This document shows, piece after piece, positions 18,696 to 29,602 of a stretch of DNA of 64,000 nt; positions within the stretch are counted from its first letter, which is position 1, and the number at the start of each line of letters is the position of its first letter. The stretch covers positions 2,176,001-2,240,000 of the forward strand of contig CAWIPH010000002.1 of assembly GCA_963837955.1 (NCBI GenBank). The letters run 5' to 3'. Position numbers and translations under genes: made by a program. The DNA is from an uncultured Verrucomicrobiae bacterium (lineage in GTDB: Bacteria; Verrucomicrobiota; Verrucomicrobiia; Chthoniobacterales; JAFAMB01). Below the pieces are notes generated by a model. The model saw nothing but the letters and a program-made list of their open reading frames with translations. It ran no database searches and had not been told where the DNA came from.

Positions 18696-18790
18696 GGGCC
18701 GGAATGAATCTAGCCCGCCGGCTCGGAGTGGTCTACGTCGAATCGTACCTTGACCCGCTGCGACCAGCCTCTGACGATATCCTAAAGTGT

Positions 18791-19570
18791 ATGGGCTCGT
18801 CACCTGATCTACCAAGCGACAGGGAACGAACGTTCACCATCACTTTGGCCTTTCATGACGATCTCGTTTTGTTTCTGAAGCGGGAGGAACGCAATGGCCG
18901 GATCAGACGGGTATTGACTCATAAAGCGTCGGTTAAGGATGTGATCGAATCGTGTGGTGTACCCCATCCCGAGGTAGACCTCATCATTGTAAATGGGAAG
19001 CCGGTCGATTTTTCTTCTCATTTGAACACGGATGCCGCGCTTGAGATTTACCCGGCCCCGGCACCGAGCGGGCTGTTTCCGGACCTTCGTCTGCAGGCTC
19101 GTAATGTGTTGAGCTTTGTCGCCGATGGTCACTTAGGAAAGCTTACGCGAGACCTCCGCCTGCTTGGGATCGACGTCAGTTACCGGAACAATGCCCTGGA
19201 TAGCGAGTTGCTATGTACCATGACCCGAGAACGCCGGGCGTTACTGACGCGTGATCGCCGGCTCCTGATGCATCGAGTGGTGCAAACGGGGTATTATCCG
19301 CGCTCGCAACATTCGATTGAACAGACGGCGGAAGTAATCAAACGATTCAATTTGGCCGAAAAACTCGCTCCTTTTCAGCGTTGCCTTCACTGCAACGAAC
19401 TGTTGACTACGGTCTCAAAGGAAACGGTGCTGGAGAAATTGGAACCCCTAACTCGGCTTTACTATCACGATTTTCGATGCTGCCCAAAATGTGGACAAAT
19501 CTACTGGCGCGGCTCTCATTTTAATCATCTAACAAGTCGGGTAAACGCTCTCATTGAGTCCATTGTTTAG
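18791..19570 (+). CDS. Ub-Mut7C + Mut7-C (PIN-like) RNase domain protein
   Basis: SVKDVIESCGVPHPEVDLI ubiquitin-like domain; FVADGHLGKL.RDLRLLGID, LLTRDRRLL, CLHC...CPKC zinc ribbon, YWRGSH. Confidence 0.92.
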   Translation: MGSSPDLPSDRERTFTITLAFHDDLVLFLKREERNGRIRRVLTHKASVKDVIESCGVPHPEVDLIIVNGKPVDFSSHLNTDAALEIYPAPAPSGLFPDLRLQARNVLSFVADGHLGKLTRDLRLLGIDVSYRNNALDSELLCTMTRERRALLTRDRRLLMHRVVQTGYYPRSQHSIEQTAEVIKRFNLAEKLAPFQRCLHCNELLTTVSKETVLEKLEPLTRLYYHDFRCCPKCGQIYWRGSHFNHLTSRVNALIESIV

Positions 19571-20814
19571 CTACCTGTTCAATCTTGTTAACGGTAGTCT
19601 CAGCAGTCTGTTCACCTTGCAAAAACTTTTCAATATTGCGGGATACCTCTATCGAAAACTCGTTGTAGTTATCCCCCAGGAACAGTGGACGGTCGCGCGA
19701 CTGCATTCTCCAAGATCGGTAGCAATTTCACCAGCAAAGGTACTTTGCTGGTGAGGTCTTCGTCACGGTACAAAGCGGGGAGTGTCGGCAAAGTGCCAAG
19801 TTCGATGGCTCCTTGTTTTTGAGCGGTTGCCGACGTCATGCTACGAATCAGATCGGCAGCTACCTCCGGGTGTTTTGAGTATTTGGAAAGCATCAGACTC
19901 CAACCCCCAAGACCACCGGAATGTTGTCCGTGAGCACCTCCCGCCGGCAAAACAGCGATCGCAAACTTTCCGGCAATAGGAACAGGTGGGCCTATTGGCG
20001 AGCAGATAGACGTACGGCCAATTTCGCATAAGGGCAGCGCCTCCACTCTCAAAGATTTGCCTGCAATCCTCTTCCGAATAGGTGGTTTCGCCCCGGGGCG
20101 AAATTGTGCCCATCCAGCTCTTGGCCATGTTGAGGGCTTCAATACTTTTGGAGTTGTCGATCGATACGGTTCCATTGGGTTCAACTATCGATCCACCTCC
20201 GTAGCTATAAATCCATTCCAGTGCGTTCGTGGTAAGTCCTTCCTTCCTCCCTTGCCACAAGTACCCAAAGAAGTTCGCATTGCCGGAAGCGCGTTCCCCT
20301 TCCTGGATAGTCCGGGCCATCGCCATCAATTCCTCCCATGTTTCGGGCGGACCCTTAAATCCATATTTCTGTAGCAGGTCCGTTCGGTAGTAGAGGATAC
20401 CGACGTCCGTATCCGCTGGCATTGAAACAAGGTGGCCATTCACCGTGTTGTTCTCGATGATACGTGAAAAATGCTGGTTGATCTCCGCTGGACTAAAGTA
20501 ACGTCCCAAAGTCGATCGCATGCGGCTACGGCCGCCCGTTGCCAAGTGACATCGATAAGGTAGATATCGATATCGGAAGTCCGAGCTGCCCAATCCTGCT
20601 CGTAAGTGGCGTATTGGTCCGTCGTTGAAATCGGTGTAGGGAGATAGTGAACCCGATTACCGGTGCTCTTGCACCAATCATTGATCATGTTCGGACCGTG
20701 CTCGGCAATTCCTCCGTGGATTCGAACCCCAGCCAATCCGATGTCGACGCCTTGACCGAAGCAACACCCGTTTGTTGTTAGTAATGCGATAATCCAGAAC
20801 AGTCGCTTACGCAT
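19551..20814 (-). CDS. CUT1 sugar ABC substrate-binding protein (trehalose/maltose-type), frameshifted in the sequence
   Basis: Consecutive fragments DIDIYLIDVTW / DVGILYYRTDLLQKYG..PPETWEEL / MRNWPYVY / LGGWSL / NAVARPS and a tail ending KQWTQ* (stop 19551-53); at least 3 frame changes. Confidence 0.85.
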
Positions 20815-20917
20815 GCAGTCGTCGTTAGTCGTTCATTCTGGGACGAATGGCAATTTATTCGCGCCACCGAAAGCTTCCGGAGATTGCCTTGGTTCCTTTT
20901 TCTGGCCATAAGGAGAA

Positions 20918-21882
20918 ATGCTATCCCTCCGGCTCACCGAGTTGCGCGAGGCCGCGAGGAAACAAAAAACGGACGCCCGAAAAAAAACGAGTCGGACGGG
21001 ACGTCAGATCCGGCTGGCATGGCTCCTAATCATTCCCGCCTTCCTCGTCTTACTGCTCGTCGTCGGATATCCACTGACTCAGGCCTTTATTCTTACATTT
21101 CAAAGAGCGAAGCTCGACGGTTCGATTCCGCCGAGCTTCGTCGGAATCGACAACTACCTTCGCTTACTCAGAGATCCGGAGTTCCTAGGATCGATTTGGA
21201 ATTCTCTGCGATTTACCTTTGTCGCGGTCCCGATTGAAGGCGGCTTAGGCATGTTGTTTGCCTTAGCAGCGAATTCGCCGTTCAAAGGAAGACGGATCTT
21301 GCGGTTTGCCATCCTCGCACCATGGGCAGTGCCCTCGGTTGCTACGTCGGAGATTTGGCGGTGGATGTTTCAGGATGTTTATGGGCTCATCAATTGGCTG
21401 TTAATCAGCTTCGGAAATCTATTTCACCTCCAAATCTTCTCTGCAAAAATCCCTTGGCTCGCGCTTCCCAAAACGGCGATGTGGGCCATCGTGGCGGTAG
21501 ATGTTTGGCGATCCTCGCCTTACATCGCGATTATTCTACTGGCCGGGCTTCAGCTGATTCCCAAGAGAACTGTACGAGGCTGCTACCATTGATGGTGCCA
21601 CGGCCTGGAAGCGATTTTGGAACATTACGCTGCCGATTCTGAGCCCAACCCTGCTCGTTGCCCTAATCCTCCGAACTGTGGACGCCTTTCGTATCTTCGA
21701 TCTCGCTGCCGTCATGACCGGTGGTGATGCCGGAACGGCGACAGATGGCATTCTACAACAAGCAGGTGCTGATCGATTTCAACAACGCAGGCCTTGGATC
21801 GACTATTTCGATCGCTATTCTTCTGATGAGTCTGTCGTTTGTCTTCCTTTATAGCCGCTTCCTGAAAAATAGTTTCGAATGA
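20918..21882 (+). CDS. CUT1 ABC permease (MalF-like), frameshifted
   Basis: FVGIDNY, PWAVP, DVWRSSPY.LAGLQ; the EAA loop continues in another frame; stop 21880-82 overlaps the next ATG. Confidence 0.85.
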
Positions 21883-22712
21883 ATCGGTCACTCTTATCGA
21901 GAGTCTTTCTCTATGTGGGTTCCGCGGCAATTGTCGTCTACGCGCTATGTCCATTTGCCTGGGCCGCATTTTCGTCGGTGAGATCTCAAGGCCTTTTTCT
22001 GCCGGGACTGCAATCGTTTTGCAGCCCGTTCACCTTGGAGAATTACATCACCGTTCTTAGAGATCCGAGGATGGCCTCCAGCTGCCTTAACTCAATTATT
22101 GTCGCTGCCGGAACGGTAAGCCTTTCATTGCTGCTTGGCAGCTTATGCGCGTACGCGCTCAGTCGTTTACCGTTTCGATTCAAGCGGCCGGTGCTTTATC
22201 TCACTGTAGCAATGATGATATTTCCGCAAGTGAGCCTCCTCTCGGGCCTTTTTCTCCTCATGCGAATCACGCACCTGTATAACACCCGCACGGGGCTTAT
22301 CCTCACGTACTTGGTATACGCTTTACCGCTTACGATCCTTTTGCTGAGAGGCTATTTTCGGAGTCTTCCCGCGGAACTTGAAGAGGCTGCCTACATTGAT
22401 GGCGCGAACCCACTGATTGTCCTTTGGAAAATCTTACTTCCGTTAGCTGCTCCAGGTCTTTTTACGACCGCGATGCTCATCTTTATCAGTGCGTGGAACG
22501 AATTCCTGTTCGCGTTGACTTTTACGGCAAGTGATCAAGCTCGCACGTTGCCAGTGACGATTTCTGCCTTTACCGGTGTTTCGTATCATGAAACCCCGTG
22601 GAGTCCGATTCTGGCGGCTTCGTTGCTTGTCAGCTTCCCGCTCTTGCTCTTCGTAGCCATATTTCAGTCCCGGATCATGGCGGGGATATCCGCAGGGGCC
22701 ATTCGAGAGTAG
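21879..22712 (+). CDS. CUT1 ABC permease (MalG-like)
   Basis: LPAELEEAAYIDGA EAA motif, AWNEFLFAL. Confidence 0.93.
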   Translation: MNRSLLSRVFLYVGSAAIVVYALCPFAWAAFSSVRSQGLFLPGLQSFCSPFTLENYITVLRDPRMASSCLNSIIVAAGTVSLSLLLGSLCAYALSRLPFRFKRPVLYLTVAMMIFPQVSLLSGLFLLMRITHLYNTRTGLILTYLVYALPLTILLLRGYFRSLPAELEEAAYIDGANPLIVLWKILLPLAAPGLFTTAMLIFISAWNEFLFALTFTASDQARTLPVTISAFTGVSYHETPWSPILAASLLVSFPLLLFVAIFQSRIMAGISAGAIRE

Positions 22713-22761
22713 GTATGCGATAGAAAGCCTGATACCGTTTCGAAATGGGTTCGCTCTCCTT

Positions 22762-23531
22762 TCAAAGATACCGCCCAAGCTTCGAGGCATGCCGAGCGAT
22801 GGCCATGGCGTCTCTTCGATAAAACGCAGCGTGTTCCTCGGCGAAATCGGCTCCGATGAATCCCTATATTCTCGGGAGAACCCATCCAGGCAATCTGGTG
22901 CTCCAACCGCTGGAGCACGGCATCAAGCAGACCGATTCTCTCCTCGAGCCCATAGCAGTCACAGAACCGGCGAATCCGTCGGGCAACACTATCCACCTGA
23001 GGTGTCACTCACTCCGACGATGTTCGATAGCTCGCAGAGTGGCGCAAAACGATAAACTGCGAAAGCCACATCCCAGATCCGCGGTCCGGGAGCAGCCGTT
23101 TCGAAATCAATAAAACCGACTGCCTTCCGCTTAACATAGATCGTGTTATATGGACCAATATCGCCATGACAGATCACTCTCCGGAGAGCCGGGAATCTTT
23201 GCTGACCAGGCTGGCATCATTCGGCTCGCGGAAACTGACGGTTGCATCGTGATAAGCACGTAACAGCCGTGCTACTCTGTACAGGTTATCTTCCGAGTAA
23301 ACGAAGGCTCTCCACGGATAGTGCTCGGCCGATCCCGGAAGATAACTCAGAATCTCCCGTCCCTGTTCATCAAAGCCGAGAGCTAGCAGGCGCGCCCTCA
23401 AATCCGTGAGCCTTAAGATGGCGAAGTAACGCCTGAACCGTGCGACTCGACGGTCGGGCTTGGCGCCGAATGGTGTCACCAATCCTTACGACGCCGTTCC
23501 ACCCACCGAGCTCTTCTTTGTGTTCAGACAT
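22762..23531 (-). CDS. Aminoglycoside phosphotransferase-like kinase, frameshifted
   Basis: Manual join: MSEHKEELGGWNGVVRIGDTIRR..LLRHL..GFEGAP / GFDEQGREILSYLPG..LLRAYHDA / ICHGDIGPYN..IDFETAAPGPRIWD / ..HAAFYRRD..GRYL*; GGAG upstream of the ATG. Confidence 0.8.
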
Positions 23532-23682
23532 ATCTCCATCTCGAAAGATGCTGTTGGTCGCGCCTCCGAACTAACTAACAATCGCGGATTGGTCAATCCA
23601 ACAGCACGCGATCAGCGGAGTTTGGCAGAGATTGCTTGCGCGAATCCCCTCAATTTGTCCTAATTGGTAGAACGGGTTAGTA

Positions 23683-24547
23683 ATGAAATTACTTCACCAG
23701 GACGGTATGATCTCTGGGTTCTGGGCCGTCGAAATGGATCGGCTGGTTCCGGACATCATGGATTGCAGCGATGTTCGGCATCCACAGCGGGGCAGAGTGG
23801 GGCCCCATCTCCACCGGCATTGGGAGCTTTACTATCAGGTTGCTGGAATCGGTCACCATTATTCGATGGGCGGCGGTAAGTTTATTTTAAAGCCTGGTTC
23901 TATTTATTTTGTTGGTCCTCATGTCAATCATTGGCACGAACATACTTCCAGCGAACCAGCTCACGTCCTTACCGTCGGGTTCGATCTCGCGGCCGTAGCC
24001 GCTCGCCATCCGGAATGGGATGTCTTTGGACATTTTTCGCCAATCTTCTCGGTCGATGAATGCTCACCAACTCGAACGTAGTTTCACCCGGGTGCTCGAA
24101 GAGGCAACCATCGCCTTGAACCACCAAAGTGCCGCGCTTCGACTCGCGTTGGACATGCTTGTTCTGGACGTGATGCGCACGGTTTCTCGAACCCGATTGA
24201 TGCTCGCTCCAGCGTCGCCACGGCATCCCGCGGTGCTCCGGGCCGTTCATTTGCTGGAAACCCGGTTCCGGGAACCGTGGACCCTCAACGAAATAGCCGC
24301 ACACGCGGGAATTTCTCGGGCGCATTTGGCAAAGTTGTTTCAACAAGATACTGGGATTCCGCTGCATAGATTTCTCAACCGAGTGCGGATTTCCCGTGCT
24401 GAACAGATACTTCGTAACTCCGAACTGTCGTGTGAGTCCATTGCTGCTGGAATGTGGCTTTGCGCATCGATTCAGCATTTTTCGCGGGCCTTCAAACTTC
24501 ACACCGGGATGACCCCAATTAAGTTCCGGCAGAAGCATCGGATTTAG
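23683..24547 (+). CDS. AraC family regulator (cupin + double HTH), frameshifted near 24060
   Basis: HLHRHWELYY cupin in 23683-24081; WTLNEIAAHAGISRAHLAKLF...FSRAFK..GMTP in 24020-24547. Confidence 0.88.
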
Positions 24548-24673
24548 GGGAGGCAAAAGGCCATCCGCGAGTTAACTCGTTTGATCCTGCTTAGGCCGCT
24601 TCGCCCGGCCGTATTATGAGCGTTGCGACGGCCGAGACGGTCTCATCGATCTACCGCATTTTTTTGAGCACTC

Positions 24674-24722
24674 TCGTCCGATAATTTTATCCATTCGTCC
24701 GATCGACCTCCTTTCGTCTCGA
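24674..24722 (+). promoter_or_regulatory. Putative AraC-type direct-repeat sites upstream of the porin
   Basis: tcgtccgat at 24674 and 24695 (21-bp period), partial third copy at 24714. Confidence 0.5.
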
Positions 24723-24804
24723 ATTATCTGCGGGGCTGAACTAAAAGCTGCACCCATCGATCGCGCAGCCCTTCCGCGTCGATCCCCTTAACCCCCTGAA
24801 CTGA

Positions 24805-26556
24805 ATGGAAATGCAAAAACTCAATTGTAATCCCCCGAGAACCTATTTTCGGTATGGTTTGGTAACACTGTTATCGTTACTAACCATACCGAGTGTGTTT
24901 GCGCAGCAGAGCGCAGACTCAAGCGATGTCGCTGCATCTGAAAGCGCACCAGCATGGATAAGCATGCAGAAACAATACGAAGACCGCATCACGGCTATGG
25001 AATCCAAGATGCAGTCGCTCGAATCCAAAGCGGATTCTGGATCGATTCTGAACACCCACGTTCTGACCGATGCGGACGGCAAACAGTACGAAGGCAAAGG
25101 CCCTGTCCTGGACGAATCGTTCCTCAAGTCGCTGACCCGAAATTTCAGCTTTACGGCTTACGTCCGTGCCGGTGTCCAAGTTAACGGCAACGGCGGTGGC
25201 GGTAATTTCCAGTTTAACCTGCCAGATGCCGATGGTGGTGATCCCCGTCTCGGTAACGAACCCGATGTCTACATGGAGTTGACCTGGAAACAGGCTCACA
25301 TGTTGGGTGACAACCCCGACGCGATGGATGTCTCCATGCAGTTCACGCCGGCTATCGTCTACAGGACGACCCGCAACTCGTTCACCGTGGCACCGAATAC
25401 CGGAGTACAGGAGCAAGGCAACGATTTCCGGTTCGTCTTGCGTGAAGCTTTCCTGGAGATGGCGAACGTCTTTAAGGGCGCGCCCGAGATCACCTTCTGG
25501 GGTGGCGAGCGCTTCTACGACCGTTTCAACGTGGATGCGAACGATTACTTCTACCTGGATGACTCCGGGTACGGAGCCGGTGTGAAAAACATCGATGTAG
25601 GTATCGGCAAGTTCTCGATTGCTTACATTGCTAGTCAGGACAACTCCCAGCTCTCCACATCCATCGGTACGCTCTACAAGCACGGGATCGATGCTCGTCT
25701 GAAGGACATCCAACTGGGCGGCTTCGGTAAGTTGATGCTCGTTTTCCTGGCTAACTTCGAGAAGGGCACCACCTTTACGAAAGCTTACGATAGCGAAGGC
25801 AATGTGATCAACTTGAGAAACCCGACTCAGATTTGGTGATGCGTATGGCTTTGGTGGCGGCTTCGTTTATCAGTACGACTTCTGCAACAAGAGCTTCCTC
25901 CAATTGTGGGCCTTGTTCGGCCGGGGAGCGACCACCTTCGGGAATGGCGGCACCGATATAGGCGCAATTACAGGAGCTGAGACCAATTTCTTGGCGCTTC
26001 ATCCGGCAGCGCCAGGACAGATAATTAACGTTGGGGACCCCACCAATAATCAGCTGCAATACCGCGCTGGTGGCCAGTTTGTCTGGAATCCGACCTCGTA
26101 CTTCTCAATGTGCCTGTGGGGTTTCTGGAACCTGAATAATCAGGGATTTCAAACGATTGGAGTTGACGCCAACGGCAAGACGAAGATCGTTTCGGGAAAT
26201 CGTAACTTGGTTGAGTATGGTATTCGTCCCGATCTTCTGGATCGCCGACAATATCGCGATCCAAGGTCAAGCCTGGGGTGCTTGGGAAGACAACAACCGT
26301 GGCGGGTCCGGATCGGGTTCCTTCGGCCGCGGCGGAAATATGGGTGTATTCACCATTGCTCCGACGATCAAGCCGAAGGGTGGATATTTCACCCGTCCGG
26401 AACTGCGCGTCTTCGCGACCTACGCGGTTTGGAGCGATTCTTTCAAGAATGCTGGGAACAATGCGAACAATCCCGGGCACTTCCGTGGGACCTTATATCA
26501 ACGACCATACGAACGACGGCTGGTTGTTTGGTACCCAGGTTGAGTGGTATTTTTAG
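24805..26556 (+). CDS. Carbohydrate-selective porin (LamB/ScrY family) with N-terminal coiled coil, frameshifted
   Basis: Signal peptide; RLGNEPDVYMEL, WGGERFYDR, FTIAPT..RPELRVFATYA, GTQVEWYF C-terminus; spread over ORFs starting 24805, 25904, 26157 and 26278. Confidence 0.88.
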
Positions 26557-26587
26557 TCCGGAAATCGGGTTATTTCCAGACGGGCGT

Positions 26588-26623
26588 GCACCCCTGTTTT
26601 AACGAAAGACAGGGGTGCTTTTT
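26588..26623 (+). terminator. Rho-independent terminator after the porin
   Basis: gcacccctgtttt-aacg-aaagacaggggtgc followed by ttttt. Confidence 0.85.
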
Positions 26624-26659
26624 GCCTGGATCCTATCATGGAAATCAGTTTGTTAGCTG

Positions 26660-27385
26660 ATGCGCCTTCTTCTAACCGCTGAACTGGGGCAGAACCATCG
26701 CTGGTTCAAGTGGCTCGATGAAGGATCTAAGAACTACGACCTCGTGGCCATTGCCGGTGACTTGATCAATGTTTTCCGTCCGGAGCCGCTCAATGTTCAA
26801 ATCCTCAAGTCCAAGGCGTTCCTTCGGTCTTTAGCGCAGAAGACGCGCGTTGTTATTTCCTCGGGTAATCACGATACGGTGGATGAAGTTGCTTCGTCTC
26901 CGCGCGGTCCAGTCCCAAAGTGGATGGCCGGACTGGATTCGATTAATACATTGCTCTCAGACGGTCGTACCTCCGTCATCCGGCAGCGGCTGATCGTTAC
27001 CACTTTAAGTTATATCTCAAGTTACGATCGGAAGCGATCGTGGTTAGCTGAAGGTGCTGAACTCCGCAAGAAAACAAACCTGCCATGGCTGGTGATCCAT
27101 CATCATCCCCCAGCGTTCCATGGGAGTGCTGGTCCTGAAGAATTGTCGGCCGGCAAGCTCCTCAAAGAATTCGAACCAACGCTTTGGTCAGCAGGTCGCT
27201 TTTTTGATCACGCGCACCCGCGCGGTTTCACCTGGATGCAAACGATCGATCAGTCGGTCGTTCTCAATGTGTCTCAAGCGTCGATTGCCACGGAACTGCG
27301 AGATGCGGCGTTTCCAAACCACATCGTTTTCGATCTCGGAAGCGGAAGGATACAATGGAATTCCTGGCTCGAAGTCGACGAATGA
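26660..27385 (+). CDS. Metallophosphoesterase-fold protein with degenerate metal motifs
   Basis: AGDL, SGNHD and HHHPP present; first DxH replaced by AELG and final GHxH by GRFF. Confidence 0.7.
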   Translation: MRLLLTAELGQNHRWFKWLDEGSKNYDLVAIAGDLINVFRPEPLNVQILKSKAFLRSLAQKTRVVISSGNHDTVDEVASSPRGPVPKWMAGLDSINTLLSDGRTSVIRQRLIVTTLSYISSYDRKRSWLAEGAELRKKTNLPWLVIHHHPPAFHGSAGPEELSAGKLLKEFEPTLWSAGRFFDHAHPRGFTWMQTIDQSVVLNVSQASIATELRDAAFPNHIVFDLGSGRIQWNSWLEVDE

Positions 27386-27581
27386 GGAAAGGGGACTACG
27401 ATTGTCCTGAGCGACCAGCAGAAGCAAAGCGTACGCGGGCGAGAGTCACGTCTTAGGCCTTCGATAAGCGGTCTGGTTCTGGGTTAAGTTTTTTGGGCGC
27501 GCGACGCTTCTCCCGATTCCTTCCCGCTGCTTAAACTATGGGACGGACTTCTTCTGCCCCAGAAGCCGCGAACGAATACCA

Positions 27582-28235
27582 TTAGATCCGCGACAGCCAC
27601 CGAATCCGGGGTGCGACCGCGAAGTTAAGCTGGACGAGAACGATGAACGCGATGCTCGCGTAGGTGCTTACTATGCAGAGCGCGGCTCCGATCGCGTAAA
27701 GCGCCTGAGCTCCCAGGATGCGGCGTTGGACAGCCTTTCGGACCTCCCCCGGGGCCTCCTCCTTTACCAAATCAGCCCGGCTCGCATACACCCAGCTGAA
27801 ATAGAGGACTGCTCCGAGGAGCAATATATTCCCCCAGTAGCAAAGGAGCGTTGTGCGGTAATCGATGAATTCCGCCAGTTGCCTTGTCGAAAACGGCATG
27901 ACGGAAACGGCGAACAGAAACGCCATGTGAATCCAAGTGAGGTGTCGGTCGGCTCGGGCAAAAAGGTTCAGCTGCGCCTGCTGACCATTCCAAAAAATTG
28001 CCAGCGTGAGAAAGCTCATCAGGTAGGTGATGAATTGCGGAAACATCACAGAAATCGCGTGCCAAAGGTCTTGTTCGCCATGAATGGTCTCCCGCGCCGG
28101 GCCATGGAGATCCAGCACCAGGAGCGTCATCGCTACGGCAAAAATGCCGTCACTGATGGCGGCCAAACGTTCGACACTTTGACTGGCGATCTGGTTGTAG
28201 GAAGTGTGGCTCGCCGGTCCCTCAGACTCGTTCAT
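27582..28235 (-). CDS. TMEM175 family (DUF1211) potassium channel
   Basis: ERLAAISDGIFAVAMTLLVL, YLMSFLTLAIFW, MPFST. Confidence 0.9.
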   Translation of the reverse strand: MNESEGPASHTSYNQIASQSVERLAAISDGIFAVAMTLLVLDLHGPARETIHGEQDLWHAISVMFPQFITYLMSFLTLAIFWNGQQAQLNLFARADRHLTWIHMAFLFAVSVMPFSTRQLAEFIDYRTTLLCYWGNILLLGAVLYFSWVYASRADLVKEEAPGEVRKAVQRRILGAQALYAIGAALCIVSTYASIAFIVLVQLNFAVAPRIRWLSRI

Positions 28236-28398
28236 ACGCTGATCTCGAAGTTATTTTCGCCACTTTCAACCGGTGATATCCAGAATATTTGGCGAGGTCT
28301 CATCATGACGGCGCCGAACATCAAAATTTCCGGATCGATCAAGAGTCGATGATGCGGTCCGAGGCACTTCCGTTTAAACCCGTTCTCTTCAAACAGAC

Positions 28399-29556
28399 CT
28401 AAAAAGAGGCGGCTATAATTTCGACCATCTCATCGTAGGTCGGTACTTTCGGATTGTTCGTGTAATCGGGGAGTACCATCGACTGCTTGGCCAGGGCTGG
28501 GATTTCTTCCTTTGAGATACCAAAATCTTTTAGCGAACAGCCTAGGCCCAGCCCTCCCATGAACTCGTCCACTAAGGCCGGACACGCTGCAGCCGCCTCT
28601 AGCGTATCAATATCCTCCAGGCCGGGCTCAAGCATTCCTGCCAATCGGGCGAACGTCGAAACCGCCGACTCCCAGGTGAATTCGAGGCAAGCACGATAGA
28701 CAGAGGCCAAAGCCATGCCATGAGGTGTTTTCGGGGACATACCACCCACGGCCATTGCGATCCCGTGGGGCAGGGTGACACCGGCTCGGCATATTGACAT
28801 ACCTGCGAGAGTATCGGCCCAGGCCAGACTGCTGCGCGCGGCCAAGTTACCTCCCTCCCGAACGGCGACCGGCAAAGCGTAGATCACACGGCGAGCCGCT
28901 TCCCAAGCAAAGAGCTCAGTAGCCGCATTGCTTCGCGGATTCAGGATTGACTCGAGGGCGTGGCAAAGAACATCGAAGCCGGTGGCTGCCGTCACAATCG
29001 AGGGCACCGAGAGCGTTAGCTGCGGATCAACAATCGCCGCCCTGGGAATCAGATGGTCATTCGACAATGCGGACTTATCTCGGGAAGCGGTATCAGTGAT
29101 TACCGCCACCTGGGTGGCCTGTGATCCCGACCCGGACGTCGTACCCACGGCGATGACCGGTAACGTTTTGCTGGAAGGCTCTTGTTTGAAGAACAGGTAA
29201 TCCCAACTTGAACCCTCGTGCGTTGCTTCTACCGCGATAGCCTTTGCTGCGTCCAGACTGGAGCCACCGCCGATACCAAGAACCACATCAGCTTTAAATT
29301 TCTTCGCCAACTTTGCGCCAGTCGAAATTAGGTCAACCGTCGGATTCGGCATCACGCCGTCAAAATGTTCCCAATTCAGTCCCAAGTGCTCCAGGAGGTG
29401 GCCAACAATCGGGTACAGATCGCGCAGCGCACCTGCCTTTGGCCCACTGACGACAAGGCATCGGCGGCCATATCGACTCACTAACGAACCAACTTCACTA
29501 ATTCGGCCATTGCCGAAAATGATCTCGCCAGCGTGTTGATATTCAAATGCTTTCAA
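28399..29556 (-). CDS. Iron-containing alcohol dehydrogenase
   Basis: GVMPNP, IGGGSSLDAAK, TTSGSGS, DVLCHALES, LPHGIA..HG; TTG start at 29556 inferred. Confidence 0.92.
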   Translation of the reverse strand: MKAFEYQHAGEIIFGNGRISEVGSLVSRYGRRCLVVSGPKAGALRDLYPIVGHLLEHLGLNWEHFDGVMPNPTVDLISTGAKLAKKFKADVVLGIGGGSSLDAAKAIAVEATHEGSSWDYLFFKQEPSSKTLPVIAVGTTSGSGSQATQVAVITDTASRDKSALSNDHLIPRAAIVDPQLTLSVPSIVTAATGFDVLCHALESILNPRSNAATELFAWEAARRVIYALPVAVREGGNLAARSSLAWADTLAGMSICRAGVTLPHGIAMAVGGMSPKTPHGMALASVYRACLEFTWESAVSTFARLAGMLEPGLEDIDTLEAAAACPALVDEFMGGLGLGCSLKDFGISKEEIPALAKQSMVLPDYTNNPKVPTYDEMVEIIAASF

Positions 29557-29602
29557 TGTCTGGACGTCATGATTGTTCCGATTTGATTGCCGCACCGCGT
29601 CG

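Noticed and set aside
22762..23531. Aminoglycoside resistance gene
   Set aside because: Only fold-level APH motifs are visible and the context is sugar uptake; no specific resistance family can be assigned.
19551..26556. Mass pseudogenisation or programmed frameshifting of the CUT1 locus
   Set aside because: Full-length genes are recoverable by small frame changes, I saw no common slippery motif, and the breaks cluster regionally; sequencing or assembly indels are more likely. Read polishing would decide.
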